Assembly (NCBI GenBank): GCA_964016885.1
Contig: OZ024741.1
Location: forward strand, 26,784,001-26,848,000
Direction: 5' to 3'
DNA: 64,000 nucleotides
Origin: Eledone cirrhosa
Lineage: Eukaryota
Part shown: positions 1 through 10,668 of the stretch, one piece after another
Position numbering within the stretch: position 1 is the stretch's first letter
Layout: each line of letters opens with the position of its first letter
Position numbers and translations under genes: made by a program
Notes under the pieces: model-generated
Told to the model about the DNA's origin: nothing
Databases searched by the model: none
Seen by the model: the letters and a program-made list of their open reading frames with translations, nothing else

Positions 1-923
1 TGTACTCTGTGACATGACAGCCATGATAAAATGCTCCTTCTGTACTCTGTGACATGGCAGCCATGATAAAATACTCCTTCTGTACTCTGTGACATGACAG
101 CCATGATAAAATGCTCCTTCTGTACTCTGTGACATGGCAGCCATGATAAAATGCTCCTTCTGTACTCTGTGACATGGCAGCCATGATAAAATACTCCTTC
201 TGTACTCTGTGACATGACAGCCATGATAAAATGCTCCTTCTGTACTCTGTGACATGACAGCCATGATAAAATGCTCCTTGTGTACTCTGTGACATGACAG
301 CCATGATAAAATGCTCCTTCTGTACTCTGTGACATGACAGCCATGATAAAATACTCCTTCTGTACTCTGTGACATGACAGCCATGATAAAATACTCTTTC
401 TGTACTCTGTGACATGACAGCCATGATAAAATACTCCTTCTGTACTCTGTGACATGACAGCCATGATAAAATACGCCTTCTGTACTCTGTGACATGGCAG
501 CCATGATAAAATACTCCTTCTGTACTCTGTGACATGACAGCCATGATAAAATGCTCCTTCTGTACTCTGTGACATGACAGCCATGATAAAATACTCCTTC
601 TGTACTCTGTGACATGGCAGCCATGATAAAATACTCCTTCTGTACTCTGTGACATGACAGCCATGATAAAATACTCCTTCTGTACTCTGTGACATGACAG
701 CCATGATAACATGCTCCTTCTGTACTCTGTGACATGACAGCCATGATAAAATACTCCTTCTGTACTCTGTGACATGGCAGCCATGATAAAATACTCCTTC
801 TGTACTCTGTGACATGACAGCCATGATAAAATACTCCTTCTGTACTCTGTGACATGACAGCCATGATAAAATCCTTCTTCTGTACTCTGTGACATGACAG
901 CCATGATAACATGCTCCTTCTGT
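1..923. repeat. 40-bp minisatellite, about 23 copies, runs off the window start
   Basis: Unit TGTACTCTGTGACATGACAGCCATGATAAAATRCTCCTTC repeats in exact 40-nt register to about 920. Confidence 0.97.
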
Positions 924-959
924 TCTCTATGGAATGTGGTATCTTATGTGAGATGTGCC

Positions 960-1468
960 CTCCCATTATATATTTAGGAGGCCAGAAGTTCTGTTCATGG
1001 TATTAACATGCAAGTGTCTGAGCATTCCACAGATATGTGTACCCTTAATGTAATTTTCAGAGAGATTCAGTATGACACGGTATAACAAAGCTGGCCATTT
1101 TAAATTCTGGTACAGCTTTTTTTTGCCAGGTGAGTGAACTAGAACAATGTAAAATAAAGTGTCTTCTGCAAGAACCCCCCTCTACATCCCCCACCCCAGG
1201 AATTGAACACACAAACTGACAATCATGAGTTGGATGCTCTAATGATTAACCCTTTAGCATTTAAACTGGTCATATCCAGCCAGAGTTCTCTCACCTCTTT
1301 CTGTTCAAACCAGCTATAACCGGCTGCTCATACTGACATTAAGGTAGTGTGCCCCCAAATAAATAACAAAATCTCATAGATTCGATATTATGTGAGGTAA
1401 AGCGTTTACTATGAAAATATAATAGTATATATAGAGTAATGTAAATGAAAGTTTAAGCCACATACCTC
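960..1468 (-). mobile_element. Degenerate tRNA-derived SINE (family 1) interrupted by a MITE
   Basis: Minus strand has the family-1 core (AGACACTTTATTTTACATTGTTCTAGTTCACTCA) and a B-box-like GTTCAATTCC. The head is split by the MITE at 1246-1456 and resumes as GCCACATACCTC at 1457. Confidence 0.7.
1246..1456. mobile_element. piggyBac-type MITE family A (about 215 bp)
   Basis: Starts TTAACCCTTT and ends AAAGTTTAA. Colinear with copies at 25282-25510 (opposite orientation) and 33106-33321. Confidence 0.8.
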
Positions 1469-2089
1469 TTTTTTTTTTTTTTCCAATTGATCAACAATAT
1501 CTCCGATTTCATTCGCATACTGAGTGTGGTGGAATTCATCAAATTGGACCAAGGAAACAATGTTTCCATTGGTTTTTCAATTGCTGATATTACTCCTGTT
1601 CGCAACTCCTGGTAGAAAGCCATGTGAAATAAGAATAAAGTGTCTTACTCATTATTCACATACACTTTCTCTACTGATACACCATTATCCTATAATCCCA
1701 ACAACATCCATACTATTTTCCTTTAAATCATAATGTTTGTAGATAATGAGTGACCATTGTTTTAACTGACATAGCTCAAGGAATTCTCAAATACTGGAAT
1801 ACTGAAATAAAAAACAAACAGTCATTCATTAATTCTTCACTTTGTTCTTTCATTTTTTCTTGTTTATTTTTGCATACAAAACATTTGTTTTTATCTTCTG
1901 CTATTTTCCAATAAATGGTAGACTGGATTTCTCTTGTATTTTCTTCCATTAGAAGTGATTATTATATTTCTTTTGTTTTTTTTTCGCATTCTACTTCAGT
2001 TTGCTGGAATCTTTCGGAAATTAATGGAAATTCTTTTAATGTTTTTCAACTTAATCAAATTTGCTATTGTTCTTAAGTATAAACATAAA

Positions 2090-2302
2090 ATATATATGTG
2101 TGTATATATATATATGTGTGTGTATATGTGTGTGTGTATATATATGTATGTATATATATATGTGTGTATATGTATATATGTGTGTATGTATATATGTATG
2201 TATATATATATATGCATTTGTGTATATACGTGTATGTGTGTATATATGTATGAATATATAAAATATGTGTTATATATATATATGTGTGTGTGTATGTATA
2301 TA

Positions 2303-2333
<31 letters not shown>

Positions 2334-2335
2334 GG
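2090..2335. repeat. (TA)n/(TG)n compound microsatellite
   Basis: Direct reading; source of several spurious YIYI/CVCV ORFs. Confidence 0.95.
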
Positions 2336-2483
2336 AAAAACTTGTAAAATAATGATGCCAATGACAATATCTTTGATTGAATGCATGCAACACATATTTC
2401 CATAATATAAGTATCTCTCTCTCTCTCTCTTTCCCCCTCTAACCCCCCTCTACCACCTCTCTCTCTGTCTATATATATATATA

Positions 2484-2557
2484 TTCATTTATATTAAGGC
2501 TAAAAAGTGAGTCTTGTTACTCTGGAACCTGTGATAAATAAGTGAAACTCCGGAGTA
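2484..2557 (-). mobile_element. Penelope-like terminus (family 4) with short inverted segment and hammerhead 3' half
   Basis: Flanked by (TA)n. Tail homologous to 18778-18820. Inverted segment reads GAAA-CTCCGGAG-TA (palindromic stem III). Confidence 0.55.
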
Positions 2558-3821
2558 TGTATATATTATATATATATATATATATACTACACATACATAA
2601 TCTGCTAGATGGCGCTACGTCATCAGCTCCAAAATTCATAGCTAAAGGCTTTCAAATGTTTATTCATAAACATACTGTATATCGTTACATATACAAAATA
2701 CGCATAGACATAGATATGTATTCTTTATTATGGCTTTGAATCACATGTATGTATATATATATATATATCATCATCATCATCATCGTTTAACGTCCATCTT
2801 CCACGTTAGCATATATATATAAATATAGGGTGAAGAGACTGGAAAAACAAAATTAAAAATGCCAGTACAAGACAGAAATATAGGGAAATTAGTGGATACT
2901 AGTTTAAACCTCTGTAGTGAAAGTCAGAGAAAGTCATTCCATAGAATTTCGGACTACACCTTTCATTAGATGGTTGAAAGAGAAAGATATGAATGTAGGG
3001 AAAAAAATAAAAACTAAGAGAAAGTTGACAACAAAGTGATGATGATAATGATATATGTATGTATGTGTTTGTGTGTGAACTCTTCCTAAACACAAAATCT
3101 TCCAATATAATTTTGTAAGATATCGCCTTTGTGCACCTGATACTTGCTCTATAAATATGATGGTTGCCCTCTCGTTATCGAGTATGGCCATTGCACGATA
3201 TAACATTATCATCATCATCATTCACTGTTTTATGTCCATTCTTCCACGCTAGCATGGGTTAGACGGGTAATTATCAATTAATGCTATCGTGCAATGCCTG
3301 TTCATGAAGATTTTTTTTATAGTGAGGAAAGACTGTGCACTGAGCCAATCCCACTCTCTGAGCGAAAGTAGCTATAACCCGAAAAGAAGAAAAGATCATC
3401 ATCATCGGTAACTACAGAGCCGCAGGTTTTATGTCGGAGTTGTCCCAGTTTCCTTAGTTTCCTTCTCCTAGAATGCCCTGACAAAGGCTATGGGTCCTTC
3501 ATTCCCTGTGGTTTAACCACGCGATCAGGTATCCAGCGCGATTATTTCTATGTCCCCGCACATATATACCCATCTGTATAAATGTATCATATATACATAT
3601 ATACATATTTACACAATTTTGGATGGCCGTTTACTCATGAGTTTTTTCGCCCTTTGTCAGGTTTTGGTTTTTGTCCTGCAGGGTGTCTAAAATTACCCTC
3701 CTCACCAATGGTGTGGTTGCCAGTACAACCTGTCGCTGACGACCCATCCATGCGACAGGTTGTACTGGGTTACATGTTACCAGTAGCACTCAAGAGTGAC
3801 GCGATATAATATATATAATAT

Positions 3822-3985
3822 ACAGTAAAATGACAGGAGGTCGAACTGGTTAAATTCTTTCAAATTTTTATTTCTACAAACACTATGTACATTTCAGTGG
3901 CCAGGTTACATAGGATCCTGGTGACATTATGGTTAACATTGTGGAATAACCAATTCTACCCAGTGGTGAACCACGAAACTTAAAT
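3822..3985. mobile_element. Penelope-like fragment (family 2): inverted hammerhead-bearing arm joined to the 3' tail
   Basis: 3822-3930 is homologous to 37180-37280. 3931-3985 is the reverse complement of the 37036 tail end. Lies between TA tracts. Confidence 0.7.
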
Positions 3986-4009
3986 GTGTGTATATATATA
4001 TATATATAA

Positions 4010-4270
4010 TGGAGGCACATGGCTTAGTGGTTAGAGCATTGGCCTTGTAATCGAAAGGTTGTGAGTTCAATTCTCAGACCGTGAGATGTGTTGTTTCCTT
4101 GAGCAAGACACTTTATTTCACATTGCTCCAGTTCACTCAGTTGTAGAAATGAGATGATAGGGACTGGGGTCCATATCATTCCACTGCAAAGTGGTTGTGG
4201 AGGTGCCACGGCAAAAAAAGCATCCAGCACTCACTGTAAATGAGGTTGGTGTTAGGAAGGGCATGGTGTT
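4010..4270 (+). mobile_element. tRNA-derived SINE family 1 with RTE-like 3' portion
   Basis: A box TGGCTTAGTGG, B box GAGTTCAATTC, core CCTTGAGCAAGACACTTTATTTCACATTGCTCCAG, then sequence shared with the RTE 3' UTR at 61270-61385. Confidence 0.85.
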
Positions 4271-4307
4271 AGCGGACATAAAATGGAGTAGGGGTAGTGG
4301 ATTGGGG

Positions 4308-4336
<29 letters not shown>

Positions 4337-4338
<2 letters not shown>

Positions 4339-6971
4339 GAAAGACACTTTCTATGAGACACTGATGCTCACTACCTCCCAATAACCGACAGTGACTATAT
4401 AATTATTGCTGGCGACCTAAATGGTCACGTTGGACAACATTGTGACGGCTATGATGGAATCCACGGAGGCTATGGGTTTGGTACTAGAAATGAGGAAGGC
4501 TCCAGAATCCTGGAATTCTGTGACGCAAATAACCTAACAATCTGTAACACTAACTTCAAAAAACGAGACAATCACTTGATCACCTACAGATCAGGGGAAC
4601 ATACCAGCCAGGTAGATTATATCCTTACCAGAAGACGTGACAGAGTGTCTGTTGTAAATACTAAATCCCTCCCCCATGAAGAATGCACCTCCCAACATAG
4701 ACTGATAATTAGCGACCTCATAGTCAGGATGAGACGTACCCGACAGCAGAAGAGGACTATCCTCAGGAGAAAAATATGGAAGCTAAAGGACCCCACAGCC
4801 AGAAATAAATTTCAAAGCATATTACTTGATGCTTTCGACAGTAAGGAAGAGCATTTAGAGTCGTACAATATAGAGGAACAGTGGGAATTCCTGAAAGCAA
4901 ACCTGCTGATGGCGGCAGACGAAGTCTGTGGCCGGAGCAGGCCTATAGGCAGCAGGAGAGTAACATGGTGGTGGAACAGTAAGGTGGAGGAGTCGATTAA
5001 GGCCAAAAAGCAGGCTTGGAAAGTATGGCGGGATGGGGGAAGTAGAGAAGACTATCAAGTGGCCAGGAGGGAAGCTAGGAGACAAGTGTACTTAGCAAGA
5101 AGGGAAGCAGAGGAAAGAAAGTCCAAGCATGTTCTACAACACGAGGACCAAAAACTTGAGGTGTTCAGGATTGCTAGGCAATGTGTCAAGGAAAACCGTG
5201 ATATTGTCGGGGAGAAGTGTGTACTAAATGATGATGGCGTACTTGCCATCACTGACGCTGATAAGAAGGTAGCTTGGAAGTGTCACTACGAAAGGCTACT
5301 AAATGAGGAGAATAAATGGGAGAAAGACAGTCTCCCCCATATCGATCCAATAGAGGGACCAGCAGTGTTAGTTGAAGGTAGTATAATAAGTAAGGCAATC
5401 AAAGATATGAAGACGGGTAAGGCGGCTGGGCCTTCGGAAATAGTTGCTGAGATGCTGAAAGCCTCTGGAACGGTGGGACACACCATGGTCACCCGGATAG
5501 TAAACCAAGTCATACAAAATGGGGTTGTTCCGAAGGACTGGCGTAGCAGCATCATCATTAACTGTTACAAGGGTAAAGGAGACGCCCTAGATAGGAGTAA
5601 CTATAGAGGCATTAAATTAATCGACCACGTCATGAAGGTCACGGAAAAAGTAATAGTGCAACTAATCAGAGAGAGAATTGATCTAGATGAAATGCAGTTC
5701 GGGTTTGTGTCAGGCAAAAGTACCACAGACGCTCTTTTCATTGTACGACAACTACAGGAGAAGGACCTAGCTAAAAGTAAACCCCTATACTTAGCTTTTG
5801 TTGACTTGGAGAAAGCCTTCGACAGAGTCCCCCGTTCCATTATCTGGTGGGCCCTTAGAAAACTAGGCGTTGATGAATGGCTTGTGAGAGCTATACAAGC
5901 CATGTATAAAGAAACAGTCAGCAAGGTTAGAATTAACAACGAACATAATGAAGAGTTTAGCGTAAAAGTTGGTGTTCATCTGGGCTCTGTTCTTAGCCCC
6001 CTACTGTTTATTATTGCCCTACAGGCTATAACAGTGGAGTTCAAGACCGGCTGCCCATGGGAACTCCTATATGCAGATGATCTAACGCTCATAGCTGAAT
6101 CAATGGCCGAGCTAGAGAAGAAATTCCAAACATGGAAGCACGGCCTAGAATCAAAAGGCCTTAAAATTAACATACGAACAGCAATGTTGCATGGCAGTGA
6201 GACCTGGGCATTGTGTGCAGAGGATATACGCAGACTAGAGAGGAACGAAGCTTGCATGCTCCGCTGGATGTGTAATAGTAATATACGCGAACGGCAAAGC
6301 ATAAACGAACTAAGGGAAAAATTAGAAATAAGAGGGATCAGATGTTGTTTACTCGAGAGAAGGCTACGTTGGTATGGTCACGTGATGCGCATGAAAGACG
6401 ACAGCTGTATAAAACTGTGCAGGGCAATAAAGATAGACGGTAGCCACGGAGTAGGCAGACCCAGAAAAACCTGGGACGACCTGATAAATTCCGACCTCAC
6501 ACACTTACACCTCTCCAAGACAATGTCACTGGACCGAGATCTTTGGCGGTACTCAGTAATAGAGAAGACCTGCCTTACCTGAATACAAAGTAAAACCTAC
6601 TACAGTCAGTAGGCATCTCTAACAAAACACACCCCCGTCCCACCACCCCCACCCTATCCACACCGCCCCTTTCAATGTAAAGTTATGTTGGTGCCACAAC
6701 ATCCAGGCCGAAACAAATGAGATCGTGTAGGTGTCACGACAAAAAGACACACAGTCCACACCGTAATGTGGCCGTGTAGGCAACACGGTAAAAACCTCCC
6801 AGCCCCACACTGTAAATGTGGTTGGTGTTAGGAAGGGCATCCAACTGTAGAAAACCCGCCAGACAGTCCTATGCGAGCAAGACAACCACTCTTGCCTCAA
6901 GTGGGAAAACTCCCATCCAAACCCATGCAAGCGTGGAACATGGACGTTAAACGATGATGATGATGATGATG
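4337..6971 (+). mobile_element. 5'-truncated RTE-clade LINE (family A) with 3' UTR and (GAT)n tail
   Basis: Begins directly after (TA)n. Contains APE+RT ORF, a 3' UTR with about 50-bp imperfect repeats, and ends ATGGACGTTAAAC(GAT)n. Confidence 0.95.
4381..6582 (+). CDS. RTE ORF2 (AP endonuclease C-terminal half + reverse transcriptase); 5'-truncated, with an in-frame internal deletion
   Basis: Frame is open upstream of the called ORF. Motifs: IAGDLNGHVG, SQVDYIL, SQHRL (APE); [39 protein letters not shown] (RT); RLRWYGHVMR and GRPRKTW (RTE C-terminus). Frameshift near 4380; deletion near 6171. Confidence 0.93.
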   Translation: MTDSDYIIIAGDLNGHVGQHCDGYDGIHGGYGFGTRNEEGSRILEFCDANNLTICNTNFKKRDNHLITYRSGEHTSQVDYILTRRRDRVSVVNTKSLPHEECTSQHRLIISDLIVRMRRTRQQKRTILRRKIWKLKDPTARNKFQSILLDAFDSKEEHLESYNIEEQWEFLKANLLMAADEVCGRSRPIGSRRVTWWWNSKVEESIKAKKQAWKVWRDGGSREDYQVARREARRQVYLARREAEERKSKHVLQHEDQKLEVFRIARQCVKENRDIVGEKCVLNDDGVLAITDADKKVAWKCHYERLLNEENKWEKDSLPHIDPIEGPAVLVEGSIISKAIKDMKTGKAAGPSEIVAEMLKASGTVGHTMVTRIVNQVIQNGVVPKDWRSSIIINCYKGKGDALDRSNYRGIKLIDHVMKVTEKVIVQLIRERIDLDEMQFGFVSGKSTTDALFIVRQLQEKDLAKSKPLYLAFVDLEKAFDRVPRSIIWWALRKLGVDEWLVRAIQAMYKETVSKVRINNEHNEEFSVKVGVHLGSVLSPLLFIIALQAITVEFKTGCPWELLYADDLTLIAESMAELEKKFQTWKHGLESKGLKINIRTAMLHGSETWALCAEDIRRLERNEACMLRWMCNSNIRERQSINELREKLEIRGIRCCLLERRLRWYGHVMRMKDDSCIKLCRAIKIDGSHGVGRPRKTWDDLINSDLTHLHLSKTMSLDRDLWRYSVIEKTCLT

Positions 6972-6984
6972 ACTGTGCTTTGTA

Positions 6985-7203
6985 CAGTGAGTGCTGGGTG
7001 CTTTTTTGCCGTGGCGCCTACACGCCCACTTTACAGTGGAATGATAGCGAACCCAGTCCTATCATCTCACTTCTACAGCTGAGTAAACTGGAGCAATGTG
7101 AAATAAAGTGTCTTGCTCAAGGAAACAACACATCACACGGTCTGAGAATTGAACTCACAGCCTTTCAATTGCAAGCCCAATGCTCTAACCACTAAGCCAT
7201 GTG

Positions 7204-7206
<3 letters not shown>
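6985..7206 (-). mobile_element. SINE family 1
   Basis: Reverse complement of the 4010 copy. Confidence 0.85.
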
Positions 7207-7299
<93 letters not shown>

Positions 7300-7353
7300 T
7301 TTAAGTTTGGTGGTTCACTACAAAGGTTAAACTAGTATCCACTAATTTCCCTG

Positions 7354-7763
7354 TGAAGGCGCATGGCTTAGTGGTTAGAGCATTGGGCTTGCAATCAAAA
7401 GTTTGTGAGTTCAATTCTCGGACTGGGTGATTTGTTGTTTCCTTGAGCAAGGCACTTTATTTCACATTGCTCGAGTTTACCCAGCTGTAGAAATGAGATG
7501 TGGTCGTGGAGGTGCCACGGCAAAAAAGCACCCAGCCCACACTGTAAAGTGGACGTGTAGGCGCCACGGAAAAAAAGCACCCAGTACTCACTGTAAATGA
7601 AGTTGGTGTTAGGAAGGGCATTCAGATGTAGAAATCAAGCCAGAATCAGTTCCCGTATGAGCAAGACAAGGTCAGCCGACCGGACACTGCCCTCAACAGG
7701 ACAACCCATCTAACCCATGCTAGTGTCGAAGAACGGCTGTAAAACGGTGATGATGATGATGAT
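7354..7763 (+). mobile_element. Full-length SINE family 1 with RTE-derived tail ending (GAT)n
   Basis: tRNA-like head and core, then a 3' region near-identical to the RTE 3' ends at 13345-13556 and 61270-61530. Confidence 0.88.
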
Positions 7764-7774
7764 ATATATATATA

Positions 7775-8110
7775 TCATCATCGTTTAACGTCTATCTTCC
7801 ACGCTAGCATGGGTTAGACGGGAATTGTCCCACTTGAGGCAAGATTGGTGTCTCACTCGTATAGGACTGTCTGGCAGGTTTTCTATGGCTAGATGCCCTT
7901 CCTAACACCAACCACATTTACAGTGTGGACTGGGAGCTTTTTTCCGTGTTACCTACACGGCCACATTACAGCGTGGACTGTGTGTTTTTTTGTCATGATA
8001 GCTACACGACCTCATTAGTTTGGACTGGATGTTGTGGTACCAACATAACTTTACAGAGAAATGGTGGTGTTGGGAGTGGGAGGATGGAGTAGGGGTAGTG
8101 GATTGGGGTG
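7775..8110 (-). mobile_element. RTE family A 3' UTR fragment
   Basis: Reverse complement matches 40205-40600; (CAT)n tail on plus strand. Confidence 0.85.
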
Positions 8111-8314
8111 TGTGTATATATATATATATATACTGTGCTTTGTAACATTGCCTTTAGTTGTGCAATCAGAGAGCAATCACAAATCTCAGGATTGTAACAG
8201 AGAGCAATCTGTGTACTAAACACCTGAAGAATCTTCAGGTATTTAGTGAAGATATATTTAGTCACAAAATCTGGTACAGCAGCCAACACTGTTTATGAGT
8301 AAATTACATACAGA

Positions 8315-8490
8315 ATAATTGTTTCTACTTTTGGCACAAGGCCAGCAAATTACCCAGTACAATACTGGTACTTTATTTTATTGAAGGATAAAAGGCAAAG
8401 CTAACCTCAGTGGGATTTGAACTCAGAATATAAAGAAATGTAACAATATGCCACAAAGCATGATTTCCGACGCTCTATCGATTCTGCAAG
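8315..8490 (-). mobile_element. tRNA-derived SINE family 2
   Basis: Minus strand TCTGAGTTCAAATCC...TTTGCCTTT...AAGTACCAG...GGCCTTGTGCCAAAAGTAGAAACAATTATT. Further copies near 8710, 18470, 28866, 33465, 36560, 41660, 43255, 43365, 45078, 46820, 50135 and 56965. Confidence 0.8.
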
Positions 8491-9321
8491 AGATACAGAA
8501 AATAGTGCTGACTGGCACTGTTCACGTCCTAAGAAGGGCATTATCAATTTAAAACGCTTGCAAAAACATTTACTCATGTTTGTGCCCTTGTGACATCATC
8601 TGTATGACAAATGATCGTAAAATGTGTGTATTGCCAAATTTTGCCTCAGGTGTCAGGTTGACACTCAGCATGGTTTGGGAAAGAAGCAGAATTCAAAGGA
8701 ATTTTCCAGAAATAATAATAATGTGTTCTAATTGAGACATAAGGTCAGCAATTTGAGGTGAGGGTAAAGTTGATTATATTGATCCCAGTACTTAATTGGT
8801 ACTTTATTTGAACCCCTATTCCCGTAAGGAGGAAAGGCAAAGTTGACTTCGGTAGAATTTGAACTTAAAGAGCTGTAAGGCATTTTGTTCAACTCGGCAA
8901 TTTTGAAAATTTCCCAATCTATAATGATGGTGATGGTGGTGGTGGAGGTGATGGTGGTGGTGATGGTGGATGGGGTGGGGAGTAGAAGAGTATTTTAGTT
9001 CTTGAATTAATGATTCTGCAAATCTGCTTACCCTTTTACATGATGATGATGATGATGATAATGGTTTTGGTGTTTGTAGAAGAACATTTGGGTTCTTACA
9101 TTTAAAAAGAATGTTAACCCAAAATGGTTGAATTAAGGAACATTGGGAAAATTTTAAATGTGTGTAACCCAATGCAAATTACCATAGTAATAATAACATC
9201 ATAGCCAGTCACTGTATTTATAGTCATCAACTATTATTATGGTCATTTGTGTTGGGTGACACATGCATTTCAAATTACAGGAAAGATTTTTTCTTTTAAT
9301 TACAAGTGATGAACTTTTATT

Positions 9322-9600
9322 TCATCATCATCATCATCAGTCCCTTGACTTCTGTAGTCATCTGGGGGGATGCAGAAGCAGCATACATTCAAAATAGTCT
9401 ATAAACGGCGGCCATCAGCAAATCTGATGTAGTCATGTGCATCCATTCTTTGACATTGTCGAACCAGTTTTTGCGTTGGCGTCCCCCTTCAACAGTGCCT
9501 TGCATGATGGTCTTGCACAGGCTGCCATGTCGTGTGATGTGGCCAAACTACGCCAGTTTCTTCCTCTTGACATTGGTGAGAAAAGGTTCCTGGTGACCCA
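9322..9600 (-). mobile_element. RTE-clade LINE 3' fragment (another family) with (TGA)n tail
   Basis: Minus strand translates VKRKKLA*FGHITRHGSLCKTIMQGTVEG..RQRKNWFDNVKEW, a typical RTE C-terminus. Confidence 0.8.
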
Positions 9601-10171
9601 CAAAACTTTCAACCTTTCCCCACACATATTCATTGGTTTTACATTCCCAATAGGATCTTTTTCATACATTTATTTACAGATGACATTACAAATGGGGAAG
9701 GGCAGATCTGGCTGAATGTGAAAGTAGAGGAAAGGACTATAAATGTCATAAATGAGAGGAAAAGGAGAGAAAAGCCAGGACTCTAGGGCCACAGAAGAAA
9801 AGGAGGGGGAAGGGGAGAGGGTGATGGGTTCTTGGCCCAGAGCTTGGCAGTGTTGGGGCTTAAAATTTAAAACCAAAAGCTATAAGATATTGATATATTT
9901 CTCATTAAATTTTCTTACTTCACTGTTCTGATTTCAACATCTAGAACCTTCTGGCAACTCTCAGATAATTCAATGGTTTACTCTCTTCCTCTTCTACTTC
10001 TTTCTTCCTCTTCTTTTCTCTTCAATAACTTCTCTTTTCATCATAATTATTTAATCACATTCACTCAGAAATATATATTTACCCTCTCCCCTTATCAACA
10101 AATAATTTTATTTCTTTTGAAATTTTATTATAGAAGTTTATTTCATTATTTAACTTATTATTTATTTTATT

Positions 10172-10212
<41 letters not shown>

Positions 10213-10214
<2 letters not shown>

Positions 10215-10660
10215 AGGAAGTTATAGTTCACTTGAAGCATTGTGTAATGAGGTATAAACGTTTGTATTTGTAAAGCCAAAACAATGCAGGTATGGATATA
10301 GAATATAAATGCAAATGCAAAAGATATTGTTGACAATTAGTCTTTTACCTTAAATTTATTTAAATATCCTTAATTTTTGAGATAATATCTCTTCTTCGGA
10401 GGGAAGTAAAGTTGTTAAACCAACGTTCTAAATAGCTTGCCAAGTCATACCATTTCCTGTCAGCATGACTTGGCAAGCTATTTAGAACGCTGGTTTAACA
10501 ACTTAACTTCCCTTCAAAGAAGAGATATTATCTCTAAAATTAAGGATATTTAAATAAATTTAAGGTAAAAGACTAATTGTCAACAATATCTTTTGCATTT
10601 GCATTTATATTCTATATCCATACCTGCATTGTTTTGGCTTTACAAATACAAACGTTTATA
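10213..10660. mobile_element. Fold-back element: 196-bp inverted arms plus a 40-bp one-sided tail, in (TA)n; probable Penelope-like insertion
   Basis: Arms 10253-10448 and 10465-10660 are reverse complements with about 5 mismatches; 16-nt spacer; TA tracts on both sides. Confidence 0.8.
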
Positions 10661-10668
10661 TATATATA

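Noticed and set aside
1934-2403. [12 protein letters not shown] and poly-V/T/H ORFs here and throughout the window
   Set aside because: Translations of di- and trinucleotide microsatellites.
2603-2617. CTCF-like motif TGCTAGATGGCGCTA
   Set aside because: A single short match inside a probable repeat; not supportable without ChIP data.
4010-4085. tRNA gene
   Set aside because: A and B boxes are present but there is no complete acceptor stem, and it continues into the SINE core; the same holds for the other heads.
8215-8262. 15-bp hairpin containing CTGAAGA, possible hammerhead
   Set aside because: GAAG instead of GAAA, no stem I complement, and the core is sequestered in the hairpin.
9670-9790. 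Apparent host exon after TTTACAG
   Set aside because: Reads FTDDIT...WL, more like a decayed RT fragment; ends in a stop with no donor.
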